The notes: generated by a model from the sequence alone, not told the origin. A stretch of 63,014 bases of DNA, filler included, from Octopus bimaculoides (GCF_001194135.2; 7 parts of 6 records of this genome joined end to end with filler, not necessarily neighbours in it); one strand, 5' to 3'. Counted from the whole stretch's first letter, positions 11,618 through 23,460 are shown. Translations and numbers: made by a program.

Positions 11618-12640
11618 NNNNNNNNNNNNNNNNNNNNNNNNNNNNNNNNNNNNNNNNNNNNNNNNNNNNNNNNNNNNNNNNNNNNNNNNNNNNNNNNNNN
11701 NNNNNNNNNNNNNNNNNNNNNNNNNNNNNNNNNNNNNNNNNNNNNNNNNNNNNNNNNNNNNNNNNNNNNNNNNNNNNNNNNNNNNNNNNNNNNNNNNNNN
11801 NNNNNNNNNNNNNNNNNNNNNNNNNNNNNNNNNNNNNNNNNNNNNNNNNNNNNNNNNNNNNNNNNNNNNNNNNNNNNNNNNNNNNNNNNNNNNNNNNNNN
11901 NNNNNNNNNNNNNNNNNNNNNNNNNNNNNNNNNNNNNNNNNNNNNNNNNNNNNNNNNNNNNNNNNNNNNNNNNNNNNNNNNNNNNNNNNNNNNNNNNNNN
12001 NNNNNNNNNNNNNNNNNNNNNNNNNNNNNNNNNNNNNNNNNNNNNNNNNNNNNNNNNNNNNNNNNNNNNNNNNNNNNNNNNNNNNNNNNNNNNNNNNNNN
12101 NNNNNNNNNNNNNNNNNNNNNNNNNNNNNNNNNNNNNNNNNNNNNNNNNNNNNNNNNNNNNNNNNNNNNNNNNNNNNNNNNNNNNNNNNNNNNNNNNNNN
12201 NNNNNNNNNNNNNNNNNNNNNNNNNNNNNNNNNNNNNNNNNNNNNNNNNNNNNNNNNNNNNNNNNNNNNNNNNNNNNNNNNNNNNNNNNNNNNNNNNNNN
12301 NNNNNNNNNNNNNNNNNNNNNNNNNNNNNNNNNNNNNNNNNNNNNNNNNNNNNNNNNNNNNNNNNNNNNNNNNNNNNNNNNNNNNNNNNNNNNNNNNNNN
12401 NNNNNNNNNNNNNNNNNNNNNNNNNNNNNNNNNNNNNNNNNNNNNNNNNNNNNNNNNNNNNNNNNNNNNNNNNNTTGGAATTTCCGAAAATTATCCCCCA
12501 CCCCCATTCCAAAACACTTTCACCGGAAATTTTTGTATATTCGGAATCTACATAATAAATACAATATGACCTTCCAAAGTCTGGGGGGTAGAACTCTGTA
12601 GTTATGCCTATATATATATATATATACGATCATACATATA

Positions 12641-13325
12641 CAGTGGGGAGGAATAAATATTCGTACATGTCAAAATTCTTTATTTAATTTCTAATGAACA
12701 TAAATGGGATATACCAATACTGTATTTGCATACACATGCATAAACTAAGAATATGCAAAAGAAACTAATAAATTATAGTAACTAATGAATTTATATCTAT
12801 AGAAACTCATAAATTTATTCTGTACGAATCCGTTTTTCACCCCTAAATATTTATATTGTATATAAATTCATCAGTTATAACAGTGGAGGCGCAATGGCCC
12901 AGTGGTTAGGGCAGCGGACTTGCGATCATAGGATCGCGGTTTCGGTTCCCAGACCGGGCGTTGTGAGTGTTTATTGAGCGAAAACACCTAAAAGCACCAC
13001 GGGGCTCCAGCAGGGGAAGGTGGCGAACCCTGCTGTACTTTTCTCTCACTCTTTCTTCCTGTAATTCAAAGGGGTCAAGCCTTGTTACACTCTGTGTCAC
13101 GCTGAATATCCCTGAGAACTACACGTGTCTGTGGAGTGCTCAGCCACTTGCACATTAATTTCACGAGCAGGCTGTTCTGTTGAGCGGATCAACTGGAGAC
13201 GTCGTAAGTTACTATAATTTATTAGTTTTTTTTTTGCATATTTTTAGTTTATGCATGTGTATGCAAATTAGAAATTAAATAAATAAAGAATTTTGACATG
13301 TAGGAATATTTATTTCCCCCCACTA
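12641..13325. mobile_element. Tc1/mariner-type fold-back MITE with long TIRs, interrupted by a SINE
   Basis: TA|CAGTGGGGAGGAATAAATATTCGTACATGTCAAAATTCTTT matches the reverse complement of 13208-13325. The arms match for >100 bp and have TA flanks. Confidence 0.8.
12883..13208 (+). mobile_element. tRNA-derived SINE, family D
   Basis: A box TGGCCCAGTGG and B box GTTTCGGTTCC. Colinear with the 10392-10771 and 54226-54603 copies, with small internal deletions. Confidence 0.9.
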
Positions 13326-13540
13326 TATACACACACACCCACACACACACATAACGATGCGTCCTGCCTAGCTATTAGAAACGCCGGTGTTAAAACGGGG
13401 GTAGCTGATGAAGGAACATGTGTTTTCTCGTCTCTGTTTTGTTTGCAATGTCCTGTACCCAGATATGCACCTATACATACAGGTGGATGTCGGTATGCAC
13501 ATACCTGTACGTATATATGCATATACTCATTTACTGTTTG

Positions 13541-13571
<31 letters not shown>

Positions 13572-13903
13572 NNNNNNNNNNNNNNNNNNNNNNNNNNNNN
13601 NNNNNNNNNNNNNNNNNNNNNNNNNNNNNNNNNNNNNNNNNNNNNNNNNNNNNNNNNNNNNNNNNNNNNNNNNNNNNNNNNNNNNNNNNNNNNNNNNNNN
13701 NNNNNNNNNNNNNNNNNNNNNNNNNNNNNNNNNNNNNNNNNNNNNNNNNNNNNNNNNNNNNNNNNNNNNNNNNNNNNNNNNNNNNNNNNNNNNNNNNNNN
13801 NNNNNNNNNNNNNNNNNNNNNNNNNNNNNNNNNNNNNNNNNNNNNNNNNNNNNNNNNNNNNNNNNNNNNNNNNNNNNNNNNNNNNNNNNNNNNNNNNNNN
13901 NNN

Positions 13904-13958
<55 letters not shown>

Positions 13959-14139
13959 CATACATACGTATATATATATACACACACATGTATATATATA
14001 CATACGTATATATATACACACACACATAAAAACATAAGACAGTGAGATGAACTCAGGGAAAGACATGGTTTTGGCGAGACCCAAAACGAGTCACATGCAC
14101 AACATATGTCTACATTCATTCATGCTGCTAGAAATAGCA

Positions 14140-15550
14140 GCCAGCTAAGGTTGTCCATCAACGAGAAACACACATGAAATTGTATAGTCCTAGATACACC
14201 ACCGTCTGAATAAAAAAAAAAATGAGATGGTCACAGCTAGGACATCTTGAGGCCTACTAGATCAAAACTGGCCCCCGGGGGTAAACAGTAATAACAAAGA
14301 AACAAACATCAAATTATGCAGTGCTTGATGAATAAAAGAGGAGATGGTCAGATCTGAGTTGTCTTTGATTATATACCTACTAAAAAGCAAAGAGGACACA
14401 CGTTAGATAATGCAGTCTTAGATACACTAAGACTAAATGAAAGAGATGGTTATAGTTGGGTATCATTGATCATAAGAATGCTGGGTCAGCATTGACCTGG
14501 GGTTAAATGAGAACAAAGAAGGACACATTTGATAATGTAGTCCAAGATGTACTTTGACAGAATAAAAGACTGGATGGTCACGGCTGGGTCATGTTTGATT
14601 ATAGGCCTGATGGATCAGCAATGACCTGGGGTTAAACAATCACATGCAAGGGCACATTACATAATGTAGTCCTAGATACACTGTGCCCGAATGCGTTTGT
14701 CATAAATCTTCTGGATTAATTCAGATTAATACAACAAAGAAGGACACATAAGATACTGTAGTCCACGATAGACTGTGCAAATAGATTAAAAGAGATGGTC
14801 ACAGATGGAACGTCTTTGATCATTCGTCTGCTGCATCGAAACTGACTTGAAGCTGAACAACAACAAAGAAGGACACATTGGATAATGTAGTCCTAGAAAG
14901 ACTTATGTCTGAATAAAAGAAAGGATACTCTCTCTCTCTCTTTTACTCTTTTACTTGTTTCAGTCATTTGACTGCGGCCATGCTGGAGCATCGCTTTTAG
15001 TTGAGCAAATCGACCCCAGGACTTATTCTTTGCAAGCCTAGTACTTATTGTATCGGTCTCTTTTGCCGAACCGCTAAGTTACAGGGACATAAACACACCA
15101 GCAACGGTTGTCAAGCGATGGGACAAACACAGACACACAAACATATACACACACATACATATATGTATATATATATATATATATATATACATATATACGA
15201 CGGGCTTCTTTCAGTTTCTGTCTACCAAATCCACTCACAAGGCTTTGGTCGGCCCGAGGCTATAGTAGAAGACACTTGCCCAAAGTGCCCCGCAGTGGGA
15301 CTGAACCCAGAACCATGTGGTTGGTAAGCAAGCTACTTACCACACAGCCACTCCCGCGCCTACAAATGCAAACAAATGGAAAATATTTAATCATAGGTCT
15401 GCTGGACAAAGGCTGACCTGGGGTTAAATGGTAGCAACGATGATGTAGTCCTAGATACACTATGCTGTTACTGACAAAACACAATGCTAATAGCTAGAAC
15501 ACATTTCCTCATGAGGTCTGCAGTCTCGGGGCTGACCATGGGCTAAACAA
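14140..15550. repeat. Degenerate ~120-bp tandem repeat, split by a SINE insertion
   Basis: Recurring blocks GAGATGGTCACAG / TGACCTGGGGTTAAA / CAAAGAAGGACACAT / ATAATGTAGTCCTAGATACAC at roughly 100-130 bp spacing. The array resumes after 15385. Confidence 0.75.
14941..15361 (-). mobile_element. tRNA-derived SINE, family A (abundant octopus-type; internal (AT/GT)n; GTAAAAGA tail), full length
   Basis: Minus strand head AGGCGCGGGAGTGGCTGTGTGGTAAG, B box GGTTCAGTCCC, 3' end GCTCCAGCATGGCCGCAGTCAAATGACTGAAACAAGTAAAAGAG. Confidence 0.9.
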
Positions 15551-16726
15551 CCACTACAACAAACGCAGCAGCAGCAGCAGTAGTAGCAACAACAGCACAC
15601 ATGCACATGAAACCATGTCTAATCTAGAATCATCTATGTCTGTTAGCAAGAAGCTAAAATATAAATGTGATGTTACTATATAAGGGAGGTGGCAGTCACC
15701 GTGGAGGAGATCAAAGAAGCAGGCAGGGATGACAGGTGTGAAAGGAGAGGAGGGGAGGGGAGGATCNNNNNNNNNNNNNNNNNNNNNNNNNNNNNNNNNN
15801 NNNNNNNNNNNNNNNNNNNNNNNNNNNNNNNNNNNNNNNNNNNNNNNNNNNNNNNNNNNNNNNNNNNNNNNNNNNNNNNNNNNNNNNNNNNNNNNNNNNN
15901 NNNNNNNNNNNNNNNNNNNNNNNNNNNNNNNNNNNNNNNNNNNNNNNNNNNNNNNNNNNNNNNNNNNNNNNNNNNNNNNNNNNNNNNNNNNNNNNNNNNN
16001 NNNNNNNNNNNNNNNNNNNNNNNNNNNNNNNNNNNNNNNNNNNNNNNNNNNNNNNNNNNNNNNNNNNNNNNNNNNNNNNNNNNNNNNNNNNNNNNNNNNN
16101 NNNNNNNNNNNNNNNNNNNNNNNNNNNNNNNNNNNNNNNNNNNNNNNNNNNNNNNNNNNNNNNNNNNNNNNNNNNNNNNNNNNNNNNNNNNNNNNNNNNN
16201 NNNNNNNNNNNNNNNNNNNNNNNNNNNNNNNNNNNNNNNNNNNNNNNNNNNNNNNNNNNNNNNNNNNNNNNNNNNNNNNNNNNNNNNNNNNNNNNNNNNN
16301 NNNNNNNNNNNNNNNNNNNNNNNNNNNNNNNNNNNNNNNNNNNNNNNNNNNNNNNNNNNNNNNNNNNNNNNNNNNNNNNNNNNNNNNNNNNNNNNNNNNN
16401 NNNNNNNNNNNNNNNNNNNNNNNNNNNNNNNNNNNNNNNNNNNNNNNNNNNNNNNNNNNNNNNNNNNNNNNNNNNNNNNNNNNNNNNNNNNNNNNNNNNN
16501 NNNNNNNNNNNNNNNNNNNNNNNNNNNNNNNNNNNNNNNNNNNNNNNNNNNNNNNNNNNNNNNNNNNNNNNNNNNNNNNNNNNNNNNNNNNNNNNNNNNN
16601 NNNNNNNNNNNNNNNNNNNNNNNNNNNNNNNNNNNNNNNNNNNNNNNNNNNNNNNNNNNNNNNNNNNNNNNNNNNNNNNNNNNNNNNNNNNNNNNNNNNN
16701 NNNNNGTCCTCATTTTGTTTGTTGAT

Positions 16727-16772
16727 AACACAACATTTCAGCTGATATACCCTCCAGCCTTCATCAGGTGTC
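16727..16772 (-). ncRNA. Minimal type-I hammerhead ribozyme-like motif, CpG-decayed
   Basis: GACAC-CTGATGA-A-GGCTG(10 nt)CAGCT-GAAA-T-GTT-GTGTT. Both deviations from an ideal fold (CAGCC-GAAA-C-GTT) are CG>TG transitions. Confidence 0.7.
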
Positions 16773-16799
16773 TTGGGGGAAATTTCTCATTCCTAAGGT

Positions 16800-16912
16800 A
16801 TGTTGTTGTTGTTGTTGTTGTTGTTATTATTATTATTTTTCAGGTCACTACCAGGAATCGAACTCAGAATCTTGGGGTTAGTAGCCTGCGCTCTTAACCA
16901 CTACGCTATATG
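16800..16912 (-). mobile_element. tRNA-derived SINE head with (AAT)n(AAC)n linker
   Basis: A box TAGCGTAGTGG (16908-16898), B box GAGTTCGATTCC (16865-16854) and an anticodon-arm-like GCAGG-CTACTAA-CCCC. Confidence 0.75.
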
Positions 16913-16914
16913 TT

Positions 16915-17268
16915 TTCTGTTCACCGTCTCGAGCAGTCGTCTAATAAACAAATACATGGTTGCTTTGATGTCTCCGTGACAGGATATTCATCCAACACTT
17001 GGGATAACCACAGTGGCGATCAAAAACCAAACCTTGGGTAAGCGTTTGTTAGATGACGTCCTCTGTAGACAGGTTAATTTCTAAGAAATTAAACCCATTA
17101 GATTTCAACTAGACTATACATTACTGCTGCCAGAAGCTGGCACGCCAATTGTCGTAAGGTCGATCGGTTGTAAGTCGGATCGGTCGTAAGTCGGATAGGT
17201 CATAAATCGGATAGGTCATAAGTCGGATAGGTCGTAAATCGGATAGGTCATAAGTCGACAATGATCTG
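16915..17268. mobile_element. Tigger/pogo-type MITE, partial, with expanded 16-bp subterminal repeats
   Basis: Reverse complement of the left part of 45275-45729. It ends GTCGACAATGATCTG|TA and has six units of about GTCGGATAGGTCATAA at 17159-17253. Confidence 0.75.
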
Positions 17269-17275
17269 TATATGC

Positions 17276-17318
<43 letters not shown>

Positions 17319-17705
17319 AATTTAAGTCACAATATATGGAATTATGTAATCTTGTAGTACTTGTTACAAAAGCTCTTTAGTGTATTATTCTCCAAGACAC
17401 ATAGAATATACAGTATGACACAAGAGGAAACGATAGGAAGTGAATAAAGTTATGAATGACAGAGAAATAGTTTGATGAGATTTTATTTAACAATAAGAGA
17501 ATTCTAATATCACAGCAAATTGTTTCATAACTTTAAAAAACATGTAAATAATTTATATTATTATACTTAATAATAAATACATTACTTACATGCCTGCATT
17601 AATGCAGAATTTTAAAAAATCCTTCAAAATAATGCAGAATTTAAGCGTAAGTTAAGAAATGGTGATGAATATATTGATTATAGAAAATACTCCAATACTG
17701 AAGTA

Positions 17706-17769
<64 letters not shown>

Positions 17770-17929
17770 GCGTCTAAATTTTTCCAATGAGTCATCTGTA
17801 CATGTATTAACCTACACATTCTAAATTTTGTGTATTGCATATGAATAGTTATTTAAAAAGGGGTTCATCACATGCCTTTGTATACATAAACATATACACA
17901 TGAGTATCTAAATCTACATATTTCTGGGA

Positions 17930-18320
17930 GTGACTTTCCCAACCACATAGTTCCAGGTTCAATCCCACAGGTGTGGTACCTCGGGCAAATGTTTTCTACT
18001 ATAGCCTCTGGCTGACCAAAGCCCTGTGAGTGGATTTGGTAGACAAAAACTGAATGAAGCCCATCATGTGTATGTGTGCGTTTATATATATATGTATGTA
18101 TTTGTGTGTGGTATTTGTGTGTCTGTGTCTGTCCTCCACCAACACTTGACAACCAGTGATGGTCCGTTTATGTCCCCGTAAATTAACGATTAGGCAAAAG
18201 GGACCAATAGAATTAGCACCAGGCTTAACAAAAAAAAAATAAGTACTGGGGTAGATTCAAAAGAAATGGCTCAAGGCAGTGCCCCAGCATGGCCACAGTC
18301 TATTAACTGAAACAAAAGAT
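17930..18320 (+). mobile_element. SINE family A, decayed copy
   Basis: Colinear motifs CCAAAGCCCTGTGAGTGGATTTGGTAGAC ... CCCCAGCATGGCCACAGTC. Confidence 0.75.
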
Positions 18321-18439
18321 ATATATCTTTTTTGCTGAACTGCTAAGGTATGGGGGTGTAAACAAACCAACAACAGTCATCAATCAGTGGGGGAGAGGAT
18401 ACACACACACACACACACACACACATACACAAACAGTTC

Positions 18440-18587
18440 AAATTTATAAAAAAACAAAAAAACAAAGACAGGTAAAGGAAAAAGTAGGTGAATTAGTTTC
18501 ACACTTGGGAAAAATGGAAAAGTCTTTGACATTTCGAGTTTCTGCTCAATGACAGAAAGGATTGAGAGGGAAAAAAATGGAGAAAGA
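18440..18587 (-). mobile_element. CUGU-core hammerhead repeat family, decayed copy (motif 18523-18559)
   Basis: Minus strand CTTT-CTGTCAT-T-GAGC(AGAA)ACTC-GAAA-T-GTC-AAAG. The flanks align with the 8130-8292 family. Confidence 0.55.
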
Positions 18588-18835
18588 NNNNNNNNNNNNN
18601 NNNNNNNNNNNNNNNNNNNNNNNNNNNNNNNNNNNNNNNNNNNNNNNNNNNNNNNNNNNNNNNNNNNNNNNNNNNNNNNNNNNNNNNNNNNNNNNNNNNN
18701 NNNNNNNNNNNNNNNNNNNNNNNNNNNNNNNNNNNNNNNNNNNNNNNNNNNNNNNNNNNNNNNNNNNNNNNNNNNNNNNNNNNNNNNNNNNNNNNNNNNN
18801 NNNNNNNNNNTATATATATATATATGTATATGTAT

Positions 18836-18930
18836 CAGGGATGTGGAGTCAAAACAAAAAATTTCAACTCCGACTCCTCTATGTAATTAAGTGATTGTGG
18901 TCTATTTTACCAACTCAGACTCCACAGCCC

Positions 18931-18932
<2 letters not shown>
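18836..18932. mobile_element. Small MITE-like element with GACTCC subrepeats (hAT-like ends)
   Basis: CAGGGATGTGGAGTC ... GACTCCACAGCCCT inverted ends. The TSD cannot be resolved inside the (TA)n flanks. Confidence 0.4.
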
Positions 18933-18964
<32 letters not shown>

Positions 18965-18966
<2 letters not shown>

Positions 18967-19140
18967 AAGAGGTGCTGAAAAGTTTCTGACTTTGAGTAAA
19001 AAAAAACAAAAAAACACAAGACGATCAGCTAATTATGATTTTATTCAACACATTCACACACTTATTGCAGTGGTCCTTCAGTGGTCCAACCAGGCCTTTT
19101 GAAATACCCTTAAAGCCAGGAACTTTTCAGCACCCCTTCA
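18965..19140. mobile_element. mariner-type MITE (same family as 31697-31913, opposite orientation)
   Basis: GGTGCTGAAAAGTT.. / ..AGCCAGGAACTTTTCAGCACCCCTTC TIRs. The internal sequence is the reverse complement of the 31.7-kb copy. Confidence 0.7.
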
Positions 19141-19469
19141 AGAAAACATGTATGCGTATGTGTACACACATCTACATTTTAAAAGGAAAAACCCACAATT
19201 CATCTGCTCCCTCCACAACACCAACTTTAAGAAAGTTTGCTATTGAATGTGGCCTGGGCATTATTGTTAACAAAGATCTGTGTTGGTTGAATGACATTTC
19301 TGAAAAAATCCTGAAAAGAGCCAAAAGCTGTCTTAGCACCATGCATTAAGATCTTCATCAGCCGCTTATCTGCTATCTAAATATGGATATGGGATATCCA
19401 CACATTTTACATTTCCAGTCTGGAACCTCCACCTTGTCCAGAATATCGATGACAGTTGCCAGTCAGACA

Positions 19470-19766
19470 TTCGAGCGAGATCGTTACCAGTGCCGCTGGA
19501 CTGGCTCCTATGCAGGTGGCACGTAAAATACACCATTTTGAGAGTGGCCGTTGCCGGTACCTCCTGACTGGCCTTCATGCCGGTGGCACATAAAAGCACC
19601 GACTACACTCTCGGAGTGGTTGGTGTTAGGAAGGGCATCCAGCTGTAGAAACTCTGCCAATTCAGATTGGAGCCTGGTGTCGCCACCTGGTTCACCAGTC
19701 CTCAATCAAATCGTCCAACCCATGCTAGCATGGAAGGCAGACGTTAAACGATGAGGATGATGATGA
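19470..19766 (+). mobile_element. SINE family B (RTE-like tail ending CCAACCCATGCTAGCATGGAA..CGTTAAACGATGA(TGA)n)
   Basis: GGTTGGTGTTAGGAAGGGCATCCAGCTGTAGAAAC core. Other copies lie at 23061-23240, 32980-33140 and (older) 32480-32700, all on the minus strand. Confidence 0.8.
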
Positions 19767-20484
19767 ATACTCTGTCAGTCGCTTACCAAACCTTGAACAC
19801 ATTGTCTCTCTGGGAATGAAGAAAAGTAAGTGCTGTCCCAAGTACTGGAACTCAAAGGGCCAGTTGCCAGGTTTCTATGGTGTGTAACTGACTGAAATTG
19901 CAACAACTCACTGCAAGGTTACTCATTTACAATTAAGTGAACCAGATCAATATGAAATGGAGTGTTTTGCTCACAGACATAATGCACTGATTGACCTAGG
20001 AATTGAAACCATGCTGTTGCAATCATGATTGTAACACTCTAGTCAGTAAGACCATGCACCTACATTTCTAGGAATTAATGCACTAAAATTTCGGCATCTA
20101 TCAGCTGATTTGGTAGAATTCGACAAGGGTTCCTTAGCAGATGCTTTCCAATTTCCTGCCTACCGAAGGAAGCTCTGTTTCAGGAGCCGTTCAACCACAC
20201 AACATATACATATGAAGAATCATAAGTGACAAAGTGAAAAGTTGTAAAGCATTCTGAAAAGCCTCCAAGTTTCATAAAATAAACATATACCTATATACAC
20301 ATGCAATCATGTGCATGTGCTTTCACATGGTATACACAAGCACCTACATATACAAACAGTAATCACACACACCTACACATTTGTGTATAACAAAAACAAC
20401 GTATTACATAAATACAAAACACACACACATGTAAACATGTATACATACACAGATGCATACATATGTACATAATAGACATACAAT

Positions 20485-20545
<61 letters not shown>

Positions 20546-20689
20546 TACATACACACACACCACACATACACATATACATATATACACATACATGAATATA
20601 CATATACATCATGAACACATATACATAGTGGCTGTCCACCTGTGACTGCAAGAGACCACTAAGGACACTGTGTACTCTGACAGAATTAT

Positions 20690-21210
20690 ACCTAACACTT
20701 GTGGCCCTATTGGTAACTAATAAGCCCGGATCTTGATAAACACACATCTGCAAATATTGCAGACAAAACTTCCCCCCCATTCATTACACTGTGGTGTGTT
20801 TTCAAGCAGCTCAGCATGAAAAATGCCCATTTATTCAAAAGTACTCACTCCTTACTTCGTTTCCTCCATCTGTGACAATGACAAGATTCGCTTTTGAAAT
20901 TGACCTCCCATATCTCACTTGCTCTCAGCAAGTACTTTATACCAACCTTAAAATGTTGACTTGGTTGCTCCTGGGGCCTTTCCACAAACAAATTCACTGT
21001 AAAGAAACTGCTTAGGGGTTCACAGATCATTTATCTGAACAAGGTGTCCAGTCCAACACAAACATTACTTGTGCACCATCGCTTCAAGGCTCAGGGTGTC
21101 AGGCTCCCTTCAAGATGCCTTCTGTGTCAGGGGTGCGCAAGGACCCAGCCAACATTCAGAATGTATCTCAGATAGAAGCGTTCAAGGACCCTTACACGAC
21201 GCCTGTAAAG
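20690..21210 (-). mobile_element. RTE-clade (BovB-like) LINE 3' end, heavily frameshifted
   Basis: Joined frames KTWTLYRRRVRVLERF..LEAMVHK*CLCWTGHLV..TPKQFLYSE..HRWRK and terminal zinc finger FVCNICRCV..SRSGLISYQ*GH. Confidence 0.75.
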
Positions 21211-21252
21211 GGTCCATGTCTTACATATATACATACATACACACACACGCAC

Positions 21253-21283
<31 letters not shown>

Positions 21284-21309
21284 TTATACACTCATACATA
21301 GAGAGATAG

Positions 21310-21680
21310 AGCAGTGACACCAATGAGGCCTCCATAGAGACTACATGAGCCCAGCAACCAACCACATCTACAATTGATATCTTGAGTCAGGTCTCCATTG
21401 TTGGTATCTGTGGAGCCTAGACAGATGAAGGACCTGACAAACTCCATAATGTAGGGGCCAATGTGGAGAAGGGGAGGTTCTGGGCCTTCTCCGACATGCA
21501 CTAGCCTGGTCTTCACCCAAATCACCTTTGTTGATTCTTCTTTGTAAACGGTCTGTGCAACCCTGAGCTGGTCAATCAAGTTGTTGAATAGGGTGGTATC
21601 GTGGACCTGGTCAGTTCTAAGCATGATTATATCTCTGAGACCAAGGACCTGGGGTGACCCCAGCCCCATCAAGCAAGAGC
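21310..21680 (-). mobile_element. RTE-clade reverse transcriptase fragment (post-YADD region), degenerate
   Basis: TDQVHDTTLF (decayed DYADDIALF) ..WVKTRLVHVGEGPEPPLLHIG..EFVRSFICLGSTDTNNGDLTQDINCR. Confidence 0.75.
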
Positions 21681-21683
21681 ATG

Positions 21684-21720
<37 letters not shown>

Positions 21721-22151
21721 CATACATACATACAAGTATATACATATAAACACACGTATGTACATATGCACACATGAATACATACATATATCCATACATA
21801 CACACGCACACATGAACACACACACACACATGAACACAAAACTATTTATAATAAAGCCAAGCTAGTAAGAGCAAGCAGTTTGTTTGTAATTATTTTTTTA
21901 AAGGGATTTATATCCTTTGTTGCATTTTTCACAAACAAATGACTTATGTAATTTATAGTAATATATTAGTATCATCATCATCATCATTATTATTATTATT
22001 ATTATTGCTACTATTAATATCAGCATTCTTATTATTGATATTAAAAATATATTGTGAAAATATATAATTACAAACAAAAATTACAATTTACAAAAAAAAA
22101 AAAGGAATTAAAAAAAAAAAATCAACAAGAAACTATGTCATTTGAACTCAC

Positions 22152-22217
22152 ATGGTACCTACTGACAGGTCGGGTATATTTAATGTCATCATCAAGATTG
22201 CTAGCTGACAACCACCG
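22152..22217 (-). CDS. Candidate 66-nt cassette exon (possibly ABCC linker), unverified
   Basis: TTTCCATCCCTTAATTGCAG| ... CAT|GTGAGT. The length is a multiple of 3 and two frames are open (RWLSASNLDDDIKYTRPVSRYH or GGCQLAILMMTLNIPDLSVGT). No recognised homology. Confidence 0.3.
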
Positions 22218-22508
22218 CTGCAATTAAGGGATGGAAAACTTAACGCTATTTCTTCAGCAACAAATAAGGGATGGGTGTGTGTGTATGCATATANNNNNNN
22301 NNNNNNNNNNNNNNNNNNNNNNNNNNNNNNNNNNNNNNNNNNNNNNNNNNNNNNNNNNNNNNNNNNNNNNNNNNNNNNNNNNNNNNNNNNNNNNNNNNNN
22401 NNNNNNNNNNNNNNNNNNNNNNNNNNNNNNNNNNNNNNNNNNNNNNNNNNNNNNNNNNNNNNNNNNNNNNNNNNNNNNNNNNNNNNNNNNNNNNNNNNNN
22501 NNNNNNNN

Positions 22509-22554
<46 letters not shown>

Positions 22555-22813
22555 GAGATGATAATTGATTATTATTAGAAATATACCCCAACTGCAGATG
22601 ACACCAGGTAGCCCAAATCATGCCAATGCTTTATCAACACGTCAACACACTAATTAACATATATTCATTTGTCCAAAATATATATACACATACATACATG
22701 GAAATGTATATATATATATATATATATAGATAGATATATATAGATCGGTTCTTTTTGTTTAGAAAGACATAACATTCAGAGAAGAAGCATACACTAAGAA
22801 GTAGAGCAGTCTA

Positions 22814-23033
22814 TATTTATTACTGGTGAAGGTCGGTTTATAGGATTGCCCTAGGTTTCTCGCCATAAAGAGTATCTTTATGGCACATCATCCAAACCTA
22901 AGACTTGTTGGCCTATGTCCGCTTTAAAGTATGGAGGGGGAAAGCCATAGGGTCTGATGATATGCTGTAAAATAGCCTTTATGGTGAGAAGCCCAGAATA
23001 ACCCTATAAACAGGCCTTCACCAATAATAAATA
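22814..23033. mobile_element. MITE with ~30-bp TIRs, superfamily uncertain
   Basis: TATTACTGGTGAAGGTCGGTTTATAGG matches the reverse complement of CCTATAAACAGGCCTTCACCAATAATA. Confidence 0.7.
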
Positions 23034-23060
23034 GATAAATATATATATATACACACACAT

Positions 23061-23460
23061 GTCATCATTGCATATCCACTTTCCATGCTGGCATGGATTG
23101 GACTGTTTGATAGGAACAGACCAGCTGGGGAGTTGCCCAGATGCCATTTGCCAATTTTAATATGGTTTCTACAGCTGGAAGCCCTCCCTAATGCCAACCA
23201 CTTCACAGAGAGTAGAGGGTGCTTTTGAGATGGCACCAGCACAAGCACTTTTGTGTGGGAAACAGCACGAGTGCCTTTATTTGGAAACGACGGCAAAGTC
23301 ACTTCTATGTGGTACTGGCAAAGCCACTTTTTACACAACACTGGCAACAATGCTTTTGTAAGGCACCGACAAGGCCGTATTTTAGTGTCACCAGCACAGG
23401 TGCCTCACAGCACTGGCACAAGTGCTTTTTGTAAATGGCACCAGCACTCAAAAGCCCTCA
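23061..23460 (-). mobile_element. SINE family B copy followed by degenerate tandem GGCACCAGCAC/GTGCTTTT units
   Basis: Reverse complement of the family-B tail at 23061-23240, then repeated GGCACC-like motifs. Confidence 0.65.

Noticed and set aside
12862-12880. Other CTGANGA hits (12868 minus, 22954, 31340, 39511, 56137 minus, 61565 minus)
   Set aside because: No closing stem II plus GAAA at a compatible distance. These are chance 7-mers.
12883-12960. tRNA-like sequences at SINE 5' ends (also 16841-16912, 23970-24037, 40907-40975)
   Set aside because: A and B boxes are present but there is no complete cloverleaf, and they continue into SINE bodies. Not tRNA genes.
13350-13430. GAAACGCC followed by CTGATGA (homologous repeat at 35270-35400, minus) as a permuted hammerhead
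   Set aside because: I could not form consistent stems I and II, and the CTGATGA is absent from the second copy.
20072-20161. Possible 96-nt phase-0 exon AGNWKASAKEPL.. on the minus strand
   Set aside because: Weak acceptor and no homology. An open 32-codon frame is expected by chance.
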